A stretch of DNA of 64,000 bases from Gnetum montanum (Eukaryota; Plantae; Gnetophyta): NCBI GenBank assembly GCA_015680685.1, contig MNCI01003059.1, positions 123,043 to 187,042 of the forward strand. Reading direction: 5' to 3'. Numbering within the stretch: the first letter of the stretch is position 1; each line of letters starts with the position of its first letter. Positions 51,844 to 64,000 of the stretch are shown in pieces. A program made the translations under genes and the position numbers. The notes beneath the pieces are model-generated. The model saw only the letters and a program-made list of their open reading frames with translations. It searched no databases and was not told the origin of the DNA.

Positions 51844-52620
51844 CACTACTAGAAAATGGCTACATAGTAAATATTCTAAATAAAATAAAGAGCAAGCAGA
51901 TGAAGACACTTTTAAACATAAAGAAACGTAGCAAGCAAAGTAAGTTGATCAAAAAGAGTGACATCAATAATGCTTAGTTAATAATTGTTGTGATTCTTAG
52001 AATTTGATTCCAAGCCTATTGTGTAGCTGGACATTGGGAAAGAAAATGTCAAAAAGAGTCTTTAACACTACAAATATAACACCAAGCAGAAACAAATCCA
52101 ATATGTTGAAGGTGAATATTGATAAGAAGAACTTGATACATTAGATATCATAACAATATACAATTTTTAAAGAAAGTGAGAACTTCTAGATATCCATAAA
52201 TTTTCTCTTCTAAATTTATAGTGATAACTATATCTTTTAAGATTTATTAGATTTATTATGAATAAGACCATTATCTCATATATTGCTTTAAAGTTAAAAA
52301 GAAAAATAGAACTACTATTCTTCCAAGAAATTGTTAGTGGTTGCAATGGAAGCTTGGTGTTGGAAATGGTAACTTTCTTTTAGTTTTTTGTAGGATTATA
52401 ATTAGACTATGGGTTGTAGTGATCAATTACTATTGAACCATCCGTTGACCATGCCTCATGGTGAGGTAATGGTTGAAGTACATGGTGAAAAGTAACTCGC
52501 ACAAGTTAACTGTAACTAGTAATTGCCATGAATTGTCATGACTCGTTAATATAACTTTTAAGGGCCATGACTTGTGACAAGGTTGTGTTTTTTTTCTTGA
52601 GTTAATAATGACACATGGCT
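51844..52620 (+). mobile_element. CACTA transposon terminus with subterminal repeats (remnant)
   Basis: CACTACTAGAAAA at 51844, with ccatg/catggt repeats at 52400-52620. No partner TIR found. Confidence 0.5.
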
Positions 52621-55599
52621 TAATTAAAAATTTTTAGCAAAATGAAAATCATTTTAAATACACATCCCTCTTACTGTGCTCTTTAGCATAGCAAGTGTAG
52701 TAGCACTTTGGTAGCTAGTCTACACCAGTGTCAAGCCAAAAGCTGTCAAGCTAGCTTAGTATGGAAGAAGTGTTTGGCAGGATTCTAACTCTTGAAGCTA
52801 CCCTTCCTGCTATGCTCTTGAGCATAGCTAGCATAGCAAGAATAAAGATTGCAATTTTTGCTATCTGTGCTATGCTCTATCACAACCTGCTATGTTGTCT
52901 GTGCTATGCTCTATCACAACCTACTACATTGTCTAGCATAGCAAGCATAGTAGCACTAGACTTTAGTTTTTGCAAGAATTGCCCAACTGTTGTGCTACGC
53001 TCTAGAGAGTAGTTAGCGTAGCAATAAGGGACTACCGTCAAAAGCTTCTAGAGCTTAGCATAGGCCTTTATGCCAGCTCTAGCACTCTTTTGACAAGCAG
53101 GATCAACAACTTGCACTCTTTTTGTACCCCCTTTCATGTCCCAAAATTGTACCTATGTTTGATCCCACTTGAAAGAGGGGAGAATGTAGTCCTGGAGCAT
53201 ACCCTCCAAATTGCACTATTTTTCACTATTTGCAGGTACATTGTCGTCTTGGCACATGTAATCTCAGTAGTGTAGCCACAGTCTAGTAATCTCGTAAGAC
53301 CTAGTGGAGCACACCAGAGCGTAGCACTAGTTGTTCTAGTGGGAGCATAGAAAAGGTTAGCATAGCCCCACCTACCCCTTTGTCATGTGGTGCTCAATTT
53401 GCACTTCACGCTAACCCTAAGCCTATAAATACCCCTGCATACCACACTTTGGGGGTTGGAAATTCATTCTAGCAGTGGGCATTTGAAGCATTTGGCTAGA
53501 AAATTTAAGTAGCAGTTAGCATCTCAAAGCACCACTTAGCACCTGAAGCACCTTGAGCACCCTGTGCATTGGAGCGTATCAGCACCTTGGCAACACCTTT
53601 GCATCCCACTCAGCATCACAGCGCATCGCAAGCCCACAAGACACCATGATAGCCAATCCAACAAGCACAGATCTTGTAATGGACATTAGTCTTCATCTCA
53701 GGACACCCCAAAGACTCTGGCTAGGCTACTACTATGCCTGTTTATACACCATGTACCTCCACAAAGTTCATTTGTATTTGCTACACTCCCTATCTAGGGT
53801 GGTATCATCCTTTCTTTCTCTCAAAATCCATTGCATTTTAAGCATCTCTTTTGTTGCATTTTAAGCATTTTCTTTGACACTTAGTATCACATTCGCACTT
53901 TTTCATTATTTTACATGTTTTTTACACACTTTTACCATTTTTCTCATGCCAAGAGACCCTCCTACACTCAGGCCTAGTCGGCCTTAGTACTACCAAGAAC
54001 ACCATCAACGCTCACATTTTTAGGTAACCACGCCTCCTCCCAGTTGTGCTTGATACCTCCATTGTAACTGGTGAAGTCCCTATTCGATTAGCAAGACCAT
54101 CTAGTGCACTCTACCTCTGTTCCCCAGGAAAGGCCCTCACACAGAGGTTAGGTCAAGGCTATGTGCTTGCAAATCCCTCAGTGTTCCAGCCACCAATATT
54201 TTTGGTCACTATAGTTTTCTAGTGCTATAAGAAGGGCCTTGCCATTTCCTTTTGTGTTCAATGGTAGTCTTTCATGCTCTTTCCACCTTTTTTATTAGCT
54301 TCGAACTAATGTAGATGTGACACCCCTATGGTTATCTATGATCTAGTTGGTGTAGATTGGTCCCAGTTGTTGGTTCCCCTGGAACCTTGCAGGACAGAAG
54401 CCAAAGTGTATCTCTCGCACTTGGACCCTAAGTTCTATGTGCTAGGAGGAGTGTAGCTTACCCTCAGCATAGGATCATAGCAAGTGTAGCATCAGGGTTA
54501 AACATTTTTTCTAGTAGCACTCTCATACTTGGTTATCATTTTGGCATTTCTATACTTAGCTTTTTTTAGCACTTGTTATACTTAACCTTTTCTTTTTCAG
54601 CATTGCACCTTTTGCATTTTTTTTCACAGTAGCATGAATCCTAAAGAGCCTTCAACCTCTACCTTAGGAGTAGTCGTTGTTCAACCTATCTATTAGGAAT
54701 TCACCATCAACATCCCTAGAGTCGAGGGATCCATCTTTGTGGGAAGGCAATCCCTTAGGCCCCATAACCAATCTCCCAAGCACGTGATGCTCAACAAAGA
54801 TAAATACAACTTTCTTTGTGTGAAGCTCCAGGTAGGCATTCCCTTAGACCGCCAAGAGTTGGAGGTAAAGTGAGGTTATGAGCTCATACATTGGAATGGG
54901 AGGGAGTGCTTCCCTATGCCTAACGATCTCATTCCCCTCACCAAGACCTTTCAGTGGATGCTTAACCAACTCATTTGATTGAGTGGGTTAAACGAGAATG
55001 ATGTAGCACTGACTATGAGAAGCCCTTGCAAGATGGGCAAGAGGAATTCAAGGCTTACTCAAAAAACAAGAATTCCTTTTATCTCTCTTTCTTGTTGCCC
55101 ACCTCTAATGTTGCTCCTTCGCAACCTTAGTCGTCTACCTTTTTTGAGGTAGCAACATCTCCCTTGTCACCACCTAGACCGACACCCATTGTGGTAAGTC
55201 ATCTAGCGCATACACATTAGGATGCAAGACTATTTGTTACCCTACCCTTTGTGGTATTGGCATAATCTATGCTATCCTCTATGCTAGCATCCGTGATACC
55301 AACTTAGCCCTACATGCACATAGTGCCAACATCCCAGCCACACGTGGGTTAGGCATTGTATGTTTCACCTATCTCTATGATGCCTCCTATGACAACCCAA
55401 GCCACAACCATGTGGTGGGGCCTTGCCTCTATGCCCTAGGCACGACATACACAATAGCGACATGCATGATAGAATTTATAGTAGTACGCTTAATAGGCAT
55501 GCTATGTGGTTGCACAGCCTACAACGAGGCCATGGAACACACCAATAACATAATAGGTTGCACAACCAACATAGCTTGTTGCACCTACACTGAGCCTGG

Positions 55600-58300
55600 A
55601 TCAAGCATTCTAGCTCATTCAAACACTCATTGAAGATGTCAAACGGCTTAAGGCCACTTCCTTTAACACCATCTAGGTGATGAACTTCTACCGGGATGAC
55701 CCTATTAGTCCCACTATCCCATCACTAACCTTACCTCCTAGCATTCAACTTCCCTAGTTCACCAAATATAATGGTGAAGGAGACCCTCACATTGATCTAG
55801 TGACCTTTCAATCTAAATGCCTTTTATTGCAAGCATGGCCACATGAGATCATTCACGTGTTTTCCATGTCCCTAACTGGCAAGGCGCTAGACTGGTACCA
55901 CGTGCTTCCTAGGGCCTCCATATCTTCGTTGGAGGATTTGTTTAGCCAATTTGTCACTCACTTGAAGTAAAAATTGAAGCCTAAGGTGATCTTAGACTAA
56001 CTTATGCAGATCAAGTAGGGCCACTTAGAGCCCATTCAAAAGTTCATCCAATGATGGAGCACTGCACTTAATGAAATCTATGAGCCTCTCGTAGAAACTC
56101 ACATATTGACCATTTTCAAAGGTGTAGTAAACGACTTCATTAAGTTGAAACTGTACTATCTTGCCCCACACTCCTTGAGCCAAGCATTCACTTAAACGAA
56201 GAGCATTTAGGATGCGGTGTAAGCCAGTAAGGATTTGGCCTACATGGCCTACAAGAATGTAGACACAAAGAAAGACAAGGAGAAGGGCAAGGCAACAACA
56301 ACCGTTGTAGTGGTGGCTAATGAGGCCAAGTCGAGCTATGCCAAACCAATGGCTAAGGAAACCAAGGCCCTAGTGAAAAATAAGGTAATTAGCTCTGGCA
56401 CTATGGCAACTAACTAACTTGCATCATCGGTGGCCACAAGGCAAGCTATCCCAAGGTCAAACTTTGAGCACAAGGAACTCTCAACGTATACACCATTGCC
56501 CATCAAACCATCAAAACTGTTGGGTCAGCTACTTAGTGCTAAGTGTATCCAGTATAAGAAAATATTTGAAGATGCTTGCAAGCATCATGATCGCTACTGT
56601 AAGCTCCTCAGAAACCCATCAGCAGTTGCACCAAACGAGTGCCCAATCCCAAAATTCTTCAAGCTTGACCGATTTTGCCATTATCATCAATTACCTGGCC
56701 ATGACATGGATTTCTACATGGCCTTATGGGATGACATACAATGCATGATTGACTAAGGCCAACTGGTTCTTAATTCAATCAATCTAGTTCAACCAAAAAA
56801 TCAATCAATGAAGGTATACAAAGATCCTCTCAATGCAAATGGCATAGGCTATGTCATCAATGCCATTGGCATTGATAACGATGTAGGATCAACACGAGAG
56901 CCATTTGTGATTTGTGTGCCCTCTAACAACATTGGGGCCTCTTCAGCGTCAACTAGTAGAAGGACCCCTTTTGTCATCAGAGCACTACCTCAAGTGCCCA
57001 TGACATCCTTTGTGGTTAGGGCCCTACAACACATTATGGCAACTGCAACTTAGACACCCTTTTTCATTAGGGTGCTACAACGTATGGACCCTTTGCTGAG
57101 TCAAGTGGTGGGAATTACAACAGGCCCTACTCATCTAAGGCCTCATCCTGCATATAATACTAGGTAGTTAAGGTGGTAGCCTAGGAGGCCAAATGAATAC
57201 CTTACCTACCAAATGATGAGGGAACACATGGCATTAGGTTTGCCTAAGCCCATCCCCTTGTCTACTATTCTTATGGCCACATCAACCGAAGCTACTACTA
57301 TAAGTGATCAACAATTGAGCACTGAGGCTCACAGGCAAGCAAAACAAAACAAGCCCAAATATCCTCCCTAAGAGATCTACCTTTTGGGTTGCATGGAGGA
57401 GTTGAAGGCTAACAAGGCAACTGATAGTGGTAAGAACTTTCTAGATGTGTTGGCATAAGTTAAGTAGGCTCATAAAAAAATACAACCTTGAGCTTGTACG
57501 ACTTAGTGATGACCTCCTCTACTCATTGCGATGTACTAGTTCACATGTTGGCCTTCATTCCTATCAAAGAGGACATCCTAGTAGATGAACAAGCCATCCA
57601 CACTGTAATGCTTCCTCCTTTGCCTCAGGAATAAAGTCTAATGCCTCTAGCATTTCGTGATGAGGTAATCAAGGTAGACCCTAAAAGGGTCAAGTCACCA
57701 TGACATTAATGTTTATAACCATCTACGTAGGGCAATGCAAGATTCACAAGGTGCATGTCAATGATGAGGCAGCGACCAACGTCATCCCATTCCAATCGTT
57801 GACAAACTTGGTATGGTGTTATCGTGAAGGGAATGGTCACAATAGCCTTCATGGAAGGGGAGTGATTCCCCACCATGACCAAATTCATTGTCATCGAGGA
57901 GATGCCTAGGTTCAACTTGATTTTGGGAAGGCCTTGGTTAGCCCAATTATGGACCATCTCCTCACCCATTCACTGAGATATCCACCTTCCGTACAAAGGT
58001 GGAGAAGTGATCATACATGGTGACAACTCGGTTCCTCCAACCATCAACAATGTTGATGTAGACAAAGGGTCAAAGGTAAAGTTCCCTGATGATATGTCAC
58101 CCATGAAGGACAAGAGTAAACCTTGTCTAGAAAACCCATTTGAAGAACCAAAAGAGGCTGATACCCTCCCTGAGGAAGCTTTATGGGCAGAATTTCTCTT
58201 TAGCATCAATGATGAAGGTATAGGCGAATACCGCTTCGTGTTGCTTGGGCCCTATGCACCCCCTAATCCACATCAAGTTAGGAAGCAACTACATGGCTAA
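55600..58300 (+). pseudogene. Tat/Ogre-type gag-protease, disrupted
   Basis: Gag: FTKYNGEGDP, FSMSLTGKALDWYHVLPRASISSLEDLFSQF. CHHC-type knuckle: FCHYHQLPGHDMDF...IQCMID. Protease: VHVNDEAATNVIP and FNLILGRPWL. Confidence 0.85.
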
Positions 58301-58554
58301 GGTACTCCCTTAGTGTAGCATGTGTTAGGTGCTTACTTGCCCTCAATTTTTTGCATGCTGTGTTAGCCTTATTAGCCTTTTGCTTACATAGTTATGTTCC
58401 ACATGATTACTTGCACTTTGCATTATTCTCTTTGTTACACATTCACCTCTTTTTCTTATGAATTTTCACTTAGTCTTTCACACATTAACAAAAGATTAAA
58501 AACACATAAAAAATTATAAAACTAAAACTACCAAAAAAAAAAAAAGAGAAGCAC

Positions 58555-58790
58555 ATGGCCTGAAAATGCCTTAAACTAACCTATGGCCTGAAAAGGCCTT
58601 AAACTAGCATGTGGCCCGAAAAGGCCTTACACTAATATATGGCTTGAAGAGACCTTAAAATAATGTGTGGCCTAGAATGACCTTAGACTAACAATCACCA
58701 TGGCCCAAAATGGCCTTAAACTAGCAATTTTCATGGCCCAAAATGGCCTTAAATTAGTAATTGCCCTTCTGCCATGGCCTTAAACTGGCA
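58555..58790 (+). repeat. Tandem array of about 8 units of 28-33 bp with a GGCC-N6-GGCC core
   Basis: Examples: atggcctgaaaaggccttaaactagcat and gtggcccgaaaaggcctt. Confidence 0.92.
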
Positions 58791-58989
58791 GGGGGCCCAC
58801 AAGGGGCCTAATCACATCAACTATTGGATTATCCACATTAAATAGTTAGCAAAATAAACATGAAGTTTCACACAAAATTCTCATCACAAAAAACATGAGT
58901 TTTATTATATCTCTATCAGTAGGAGTACATAGTGTGACCATGGGCTAAAAAGGACCAAAGTGGAAAATTGCCCAACAACAAGGCTACAT

Positions 58990-61900
58990 CAGGTCAGCTC
59001 AGTCAGAGGCATTTGGTAGGGGTCAAGGTTCCTCCTCCTCCTCTTCTATTGCTCTACTAGGGCCTACGCTATTGCCTAGTGCCTATCTCAAAACAACACA
59101 AAACAACAAATTAATCAGCAAGTGCAAAACTACAATACAAAATTAATGTGCAAAAATGACACATAAAAAAGCATAAAAGGAAAAAGCTAAACTAACCTGA
59201 GAGGATCTTGCATCGGAATCTGGAGGTAATGTATCAAGGCCTTCCTCCAAGCATCGGAGGATCTTGACCTTTGATAACCGCATCTAGTCCTTATGGCCAA
59301 AGTCAACATTTGTAAGGATTTTATCCTTGTCCACAATAGTCCATGTAGAAGGCTACATAGAAAAGGTGGTCGTAGAAGTCTCCTTTGGGAGTAGGGTAAT
59401 CTCTTGCTCTAGGGAACCACTCACCACTATGTGTTGGACAAATAACTTGAAATCTTGACTTCCACTAATTGCTTTAATGAACATCTCACAACGAAAAGCC
59501 TTCACAGACTCATCCTTGAGCTGTTGTAAGTAGGCGTCCCACTCCCACTTGTAGTGGCACTTGTGGTTGTTCTGCATATGCTACCATTTGCACACCTTGG
59601 CACTGAAGCTCTTTCACTCCTCATTCTTCTAGGAGAGTAGATCCATCCGCAACCTCTTCTTGACAATCTCTTGGGTAGCCTCATTCTTACCTCGGATTGT
59701 CAACTAGTACCTAGCATAATCTATCTCTGATGTCCACCAAGTACCATCGTTTTGTGCTTGAGTTGACAAGAAGTCATGACAAGATTGGAGGTCCTTGTTC
59801 TTTATGGTCAGGCTTACCACTGCCCCCTGGAGCTCGTGCATGTATTTCCATAGGTATTCATTCAAGCAGCTATAGGTCCATAATGCCTTTGCACTGGAAA
59901 GTGAGCACTTGCTCACTGCCTCATACACATGATGAGGCACCTACTCCACCTTAGGGGGATACTTAGGAATGACATCCATGTGAGCTACCTGATTTTAATC
60001 CTAGCAAAGCTTAGAGTGTGTTAGCATACAATGAACAAACCAATATTAGCAACAAGCTAAGCCATAGAATTAGCAAAATAGTTGAAGCAAAATGACATGC
60101 ATACCAAGTTTAGGATCCACCTATTGTATGCAGTCCACCATGTCCTCCATGATGCCTTCTATGAAGGCAAATTTATCTTGTGTCTTTGCCCATGGCTTCA
60201 TGCAATGGGTAGGCGCTAGTGATGGGTCATTGGCAAGAAGGTCTAAGACTACAATACAAAAAAATGTAGCACTTATTAATAACTAAGCAGTTAAGGCTTA
60301 AAAGCAAAATGCAAAAGCAAATGATAACAAAAAGTGCTTACTAAGCAAGCCCTTGGATGTCAATGCGGGTGGGTCTCCCAACTGCACATCATCAAAGAGG
60401 TTGGCAAAGTCACCCTCAAGGTGGAACAACCCCTCCTTATCAAACTAGTGGGAGATCTCTGGGGCCTCTGGTGGCTTCCTGCTATGAGCTACCTCCTCTT
60501 CAACTTGAGAAGGGGTCATGCCCGTTGTTCCCACTGTTGCCGCTATTGCTTCTTTAGTAGCCCTCTTGCTTGACTCACATAGCATAGCAGTATTAGCATA
60601 GCATAATAAACCAAAAATAAAAAAAATATAAGCTAGATGCATCTATGATGTGCATTAACCTGCAACCACTAAACAAAGTGTGGGTATCTTGAGGTGGACT
60701 TTTTTGACACCTGCTTATCCAATTGCAAGGGGAGTATCCTTTGTCGAGCATGGCCTCTTAATTTTATCCTTGGAAAACCCCACCATCTTTGTGATATATT
60801 TCTCCACCCTCTTTGCATCCCCAAAAACTATTGGTGGACACTTGCGTACACTGTCATGGAAATATGGTGAGTGTGACCTCCTGAGATGTGCCTTCATTAT
60901 AAATAAATACAACTTCTCAATCCCCTCTAGAGGGTCATGCACACAAGTAGTGGCAAAAAATGCTTAATCCATGGATTGGACAACTGCTTGCCATCCTACA
61001 CAATCCAACACCCACTATCCATAATCACTAAGAAATCTACAAGCCTTTGTAGATAGGCTATAAATATTACAAAGTGAAAATGAGATCTTACATTAACATT
61101 GTGGCGAAGGATGATAATCTTTGCCTGTAACCCAGTAGCAAGAGAAGAAGCCTAGTTAAACATGGTACTCTCCTTTATAACCTCCTGCATCACTCATGCT
61201 TACTCTACTTTAAGAAGCTTTCCTTGGGAGAGTAGCTTAGGAAAGGCATTGGCACAGAAAAGAGGGTAAACCCTTTGGAACTTAGGCACATGCACATTTC
61301 CAATGATGATACCTTTACAAGAGTAGGTGGTTCCTTGCCACTCCTTAATCTCCTCTCTCTAGTCTGCCTCTCAGTTGGGCTTGTCAATGATTGATGGGCC
61401 CACAGAGGAAAGACCAAAGAAGTCAGCAAAGAAGGCATCATTGAGGTCCAAGACTACCCTCAATTCATGCATGTGAGTAATAAAATAGTGGGCATCACAG
61501 CTAAAGGAGTCAACAATAGTCACCATCTCGGCCACTAGTGTGCTTGGGCTAAGGGCCAAGAAAAGGTCCATCAATCCACCATGTGCAAGCCAACTAGTCA
61601 GAGCCTGTAAGGCCTAATCACACAACCACTCCTATGCCTCCTCCACATCACCGTATTCATGATGAGAGTAGGCTCATTATGACCAATGGTGACCATTGTT
61701 ACTTCTCCTAAAGCAACATCAACTATAACATAGGAAAACACGATGTTAGCACCATGCAATCAACATGTGCATGAGAACAAGCAATAAAAATCAAGCCAAC
61801 ATAACAAATACTCACATGGAACAAACAGTATGTGTGATGCAGGTGGTGGCACAACAAGCTCTCCAAAGATAGGCTTACCGCTAGCCCATCCCTTGTCAAG

Positions 61901-62700
61901 CCAATTGTAGGTCTAGCACCGCTTGAATGCCTTCGGGTACTGAGTGTGGTAGTTCTCTAAGTCCTCTCCCACCTATTCAATAACTGCCTCCCAAATGCTT
62001 GGACTAGAGAAAAACACCTCTAGCACAGTACAAGTCAAAGAAAGGGCCTCTATCTCATCATGGAGTCCCTCATCATCAAGTTTAAATTTGGCATTGGACA
62101 TTCACAATTAGCAATTAACAAATCTAGCATGGCTAATGAGAATGAGATATAATGAAAAGAAATACCACTTATCCTTTGGCATAATATATAGATTGAGGTA
62201 GGTTTTGGAAGACAATATGCCCACACATGACAATGAAAAGTGTGTTGCTCTTGTTATAACAAGAGAACTCTAGCATGCTCTAGATTCTAGCTAAGGGACG
62301 AACACTCCTGCGGCCTAGTGTCAAGCCACCTGCTTGATCACCGCTAGTCATGGGCTCATTGGACATGAATCGTAGTATGTCTTGGTTTACTTGACCAAGA
62401 ACGGCTCGATGATGGTGCTTGAAGCCTCCATTTCCAAGTGTGACCACATGATCACACTAAAGTGCTATAGCAAGTAAGCTAGGAACTCACTTGCTCCTGG
62501 TCAGAATCACATTGCTTGATGGCCCAACTTCATGCCGAGTGCAAGCGTGTTGGGTACAGGCTGGCTGATGCAAGATAGGATGCCGATCAGCTCCATGACC
62601 ACTAAGACAAGCTTTAGTAGCACCATGAAACCACAAGATAGCAAACGAATGTGGTGTTAGCACACAATAGATTGCATTTTGGCATAAAATATTCACTTAC
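58990..62700 (-). pseudogene. Multi-exon antisense accessory gene of the Tat/Ogre-like element (PMD-like region + coiled coil), decayed
   Basis: Minus-strand GT-AG introns at 61815-61723, 60341-60249, 60104-59985 and 59196-59083 join reading frames. Further donors at 62700, 62490, about 62166 and 60659. AATAAA on the minus strand at about 58901-58906. Confidence 0.7.
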
Positions 62701-64000
62701 ACTTAGCAAAAATTAGCAAATCAAGCTCAAAATAGCATAACTTAGAAATCCTTAGGGTTTCCATGAGGCCCCATGAGATAGGATGTTAATACATATTTAA
62801 TGTGCCTGGTTCTCATTAGGATACAGTAGTAATGTAGCATTAGCATTTTACTTTACATTCCTACCATTTGCACCAACACGGTTTGCATGTTCTAATGTTC
62901 ATACATTCAACTTGCAAAATTAGTATTTTGGCATAGCTTTCATGCATTTAGCATTTTGTTTCACATAAGGCATTGTTATCATTGGCATTTTTGCACTTGG
63001 CATCTTGTGCATTTGGCATTATAGTTTTGCACTTCTTCTTCAAATTTTCTCAAAATTTTTCTAACTCTAGGTGATATAGCATGATATCCTAGAAAATCTC
63101 GTTTGCTATGCTCCTTAGGGAGCATAGCCAAAAAATCGCCAAATTTTTCTAACTATCAACTATGCTCCCCAAGGAGGGCATGGCCCCCAAATAAGAAAAA
63201 AATTAACAAGAAAAAAAAATTCTATTGGAAGTGTAGCATCCCAATGCATTTGAAACAAGTATTGGCTATGCTCCCTGGGGAGCGTAGTCGCTAGAACTTG
63301 AGCGTCCATCATCATGTCTTCTTCATTACGTTGTCTAGTGCCACATCGTCGTCCCTTCCCTTGTCCCTATGGCCTTCTCCCCATGTGTCCCTATGATGCC
63401 CAACCCTCCCTTCACCCTCACCTTGCACCCCCAGATTATAAAATAAGCAATGATAGAACCCTATCCCCTGGACGAGGCCATGTTAGTCATAACCCTTACC
63501 CCAATCTGCCAATCACCTTCACCCACATGCCAACATAAAGAAAAAACAAAAGAGAGAAGAAGGGATAAAGAAACCCTAGCCATGCATGCCCTAGGCGTAG
63601 CCATTTGTGTCCCATTCTATGTCTTCCACGTGGCATGACCTCCAATGGGGGAAATCCCTATCCATTGCCAAGACAAAACCCCCATTTTCTCCCCCTTCCT
63701 TGCCCTGCGCATTGTGTCCCTTAGAAATAAACTTACAAAATCCATCATAACCAATGCATTGTTCCTTGTCCTATTCATTGTAGAAAATCAATGTAGACAA
63801 TCATAATAAAATGACGTATCAATAAAGACCCACAACCTACGCATGTGTCTTCTCCTCTTAGCCGTGGCTACCAAGGTAGCCAGCGCAACCATAGTCCCTA
63901 CCAAGGTAGGCTACCCTAGGAACCAAACCCCAATGCAAGAGGTGCTAGAATGTGAAGAGAAAAAATGGTACAAAAAATGACAAGTGTGGAAAGCATACCT

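Larger units (their letters stand above)
52680..64000 (+). mobile_element. Tat/Ogre-like Ty3/gypsy element lacking RT-RH-IN, running off the window
   Basis: PPT gaaagaggggagaa then TGTAGTCC at 53185. TATA ctataaata at about 53423. Contains gag-PR, a tandem repeat and an antisense gene. The LTR 3' boundary is uncertain (about 54016). Confidence 0.75.

Noticed and set aside
58555-58790. CRISPR-like appearance of the 28-bp palindromic repeats
   Set aside because: No unique spacers of regular length, no cas genes, and a eukaryotic retroelement context.

Overview
AT-rich, repeat-dominated land-plant nuclear DNA (a non-angiosperm origin is my inference) with one 151-N assembly gap. I can support only one host gene: a two-exon P-class PPR gene of the GRP23/NUWA family (join 33181..33746,35164..36310; 570 aa). 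It lies 288 bp downstream of a full-length, TSD-flanked L1-type LINE (27415..32878). The rest is nested transposon debris: a TSD-flanked Met-primed LTR element with a decayed interior (7157..13790); an Athila-like Ty3/gypsy element (38719..47392) inserted in an RTE LINE and itself interrupted by a solo LTR; further related LTRs; a decayed Copia; CACTA remnants; a tRNA-derived SINE family; and a Tat/Ogre-like element (about 52680 to the window end). The most notable signal is in that last element: gag-protease is followed, with no RT/RNase H/integrase, by a hairpin repeat array and a decayed multi-intron antisense gene (PMD-like region plus coiled coil). Other leads are a coiled-coil extra ORF in the Athila-like element whose frame is restored by removing the solo LTR, and an ORF0-like antisense ORF in the LINE 5' UTR. 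All calls were made by eye, and boundaries of decayed elements are approximate.
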